In this document: piece by piece, positions 62,371 through 64,000 of the stretch
Numbering within the stretch: position 1 is the first letter of the stretch
How the letters are laid out: each line of letters starts with the position of its first letter
Assembly (NCBI GenBank): GCA_964649615.1
Contig: CAZYPW010000006.1
Location: 12,635 to 76,634, forward strand
Direction: 5' to 3'
Source of the DNA: an uncultured Gammaproteobacteria bacterium
Lineage (GTDB): Bacteria > Patescibacteriota > Microgenomatia > Daviesbacterales > UBA10151
Length of the DNA: 64,000 bases
The notes under the pieces: model-generated
The model's database searches: none
What the model was told of the DNA's origin: nothing
Seen by the model: the letters and a program-made list of their open reading frames with translations, nothing else
Position numbers and translations under genes: made by a program

Positions 62371-64000
62371 AATTAGCAATTATTACTGTTAATTATAATG
62401 GAAAAGATGATAGTCTAGAGTTTTTAGGTTCCTTAAAAAAACTACGAACAACACACCGCCCCTTCGGGGCAACGAACTACGAACTACGAACTATATTAGT
62501 GGATAATGCATCAAGCGATGAATCAGTTTCTGCTATTCATAAGCAATTTCCTGAAGTGGATATTTTACAAACTGGTTCTAATTTAGGATTTTCCGGAGGG
62601 TTTAATAAAGGTATAGAATACGGTCAAATCTGGGGAGCAGATTATTTCCTACTAATAAATAATGATTGCTTAATTAAAGATTCTGGTTTATTAGATGAGT
62701 TAATTAAAACATTAAAATCAGATGAAAAAATTGGTTTAGTTTCTCCGAAGATTTATTTTGAAAAAGGATATGAATTTCACAAGAATAGATATTCTAAACA
62801 GGATTTAGGTAAAGCGATTTGGTTTGCCGGAGGAGAATTTGACTGGAATTTTGTGGGAAATAAACACAGAGGAATAGACGAAGTTGATTCTGGAAAATAT
62901 GATTTAGTAGAGCAACAGAATATTTTTTCCGGTGCTTGTGTACTTATAAAAAAAGAAGTATTTGAAAAAGTTGGCATGTTTAATGAAGATTATTTTTTAT
63001 ATTTTGAGGACTCTGAGTTTGCCAAAAGAGCAACTGATGCTGGATTTAAAACTTATTATAATGGCCAGGTTTCCATCTATCATAAAGTCTCCCAGTCAAC
63101 TGGAATTGGTTCTAAAATTACAGATTATTATCACACCAGAAACAGGTTAATTTTTGGAATGAAGTATGGAGGTTTAAGAACTAAATTCGCATTACTCAGA
63201 GAAGCCATAAAATTATTCTTATTTGGTAGGCCCGTTCAAAGGCAAGGAATATTAGATTTTTATTTAGGAATAAGAAGAGGTGCCAACGTAATCCACCTGG
63301 AGGGTGGTCTAGGTTGGCACCCTCAAGTAGAATATCCGCTTAAACTATCTATAGGTATAGTAAACTATAACACTGCTGATTTAACCAAAAAATTATTAGA
63401 CAGCATTTTTGAAACACGTTCCCACATGTCAAGTGGGAATACGGATGATGTGGAAGTAATTGTCCTAGACAATGGTGATATTGATCCCTGTAAAGACAAA
63501 ATAAAAGAATATTTGCCTAGGATAAAATATCTTAAAAATGAAGAAAATGAGGGATTTTCCAAAGGTTATAACAAAACAATTAGATACTCTTTGGGTGAGT
63601 ATTATTTAATGCTAAATTCTGATATTGAAGTATTGGAGAATGGGTTATCTGAATTAGTAAGGGTGGAAGATGAGTTTAAAGGTGAAGCAGTGTTGGGTGG
63701 GAAATTAGTTTTTCCAGATTTAAGCAAGCAAGATTCTGCATTCCATTTACCCACTTTAACTGGAGCATTTAAGGAATATTTTTTAGCAAAAAAAGGATCT
63801 TATTTTATGTATCAGCCTGAAAGTGATAAACCCTCAAAAGTGGATGGGTTGGTAATGGCTTGTTTGTTAATTCCTAAGAAAGTATTACAAAAAGTAGGGC
63901 TTTTGGATGAAGGAACTTTTATCTTTTTTGAGGATATTGAATATTGCAGGAGGTTGAAAAAATTTGGTGTACCACTATATTTTGTACCATCTGCCAAATT
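62367..64000 (+). CDS. Tandem two-domain GT2 glycosyltransferase, 3'-partial
   Basis: ATG at 62367 (MKLAIITVNYN...DNASSD); second in-frame domain LSIGIVNYN...LDNG from about 63345; frame runs off the window. Confidence 0.8.
   Translation, partial: MKLAIITVNYNGKDDSLEFLGSLKKLRTTHRPFGATNYELRTILVDNASSDESVSAIHKQFPEVDILQTGSNLGFSGGFNKGIEYGQIWGADYFLLINNDCLIKDSGLLDELIKTLKSDEKIGLVSPKIYFEKGYEFHKNRYSKQDLGKAIWFAGGEFDWNFVGNKHRGIDEVDSGKYDLVEQQNIFSGACVLIKKEVFEKVGMFNEDYFLYFEDSEFAKRATDAGFKTYYNGQVSIYHKVSQSTGIGSKITDYYHTRNRLIFGMKYGGLRTKFALLREAIKLFLFGRPVQRQGILDFYLGIRRGANVIHLEGGLGWHPQVEYPLKLSIGIVNYNTADLTKKLLDSIFETRSHMSSGNTDDVEVIVLDNGDIDPCKDKIKEYLPRIKYLKNEENEGFSKGYNKTIRYSLGEYYLMLNSDIEVLENGLSELVRVEDEFKGEAVLGGKLVFPDLSKQDSAFHLPTLTGAFKEYFLAKKGSYFMYQPESDKPSKVDGLVMACLLIPKKVLQKVGLLDEGTFIFFEDIEYCRRLKKFGVPLYFVPSAK
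63419..63439. repeat. REP-like hairpin family A, in frame in a GT2 gene
   Basis: TTCCCACATGTCAAGTGGGAA; encodes SHMSSG. Confidence 0.92.

Overview
Low-GC bacterial chromosomal window with the gene content of a Patescibacteria/CPR (probably Microgenomates-type) genome; this taxonomy is inferred from gene content. From left to right it contains a cohesin/dockerin-like surface-protein cluster, a Xer recombinase, a P-type ATPase, a decayed nfo, an amidase, gyrA, peptidoglycan genes (ddl, alr, a MurL-MurD fusion, murC), gyrB and holB. These are followed by a full type IV pilus locus with a type IV toxin-antitoxin cassette inserted among the pilins, then trmD-khpA-rpsP-rnc-ACP-like-nusB-rpmF, recG, an archaeal-type tyrS, an F0F1 ATPase operon split by an accessory island, and GT2 glycosyltransferases. 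The main observation is a REP-associated tyrosine transposase-like gene (RAYT, 48915-49592) that is bracketed by, and itself contains, a 21-bp hairpin TTCCCAC-N7-GTGGGAA. I count 15 canonical and 2 variant copies of this hairpin in the window. Nearly all lie in frame inside genes (alr, murL-murD, murC, holB, recG, atpG, glycosyltransferases), where they encode a recurring SH(I/M)xSG peptide with strong frame and orientation bias. Several other short hairpin families and 7-nt tandem-repeat tracts also sit in frame in proteins. Duplicated gene fragments (a pilin 5' end, atpD, the pilC 3' end) mark likely insertion sites. I recognised no rRNA, tRNA or CRISPR array. All repeat counts and coordinates were read by eye.
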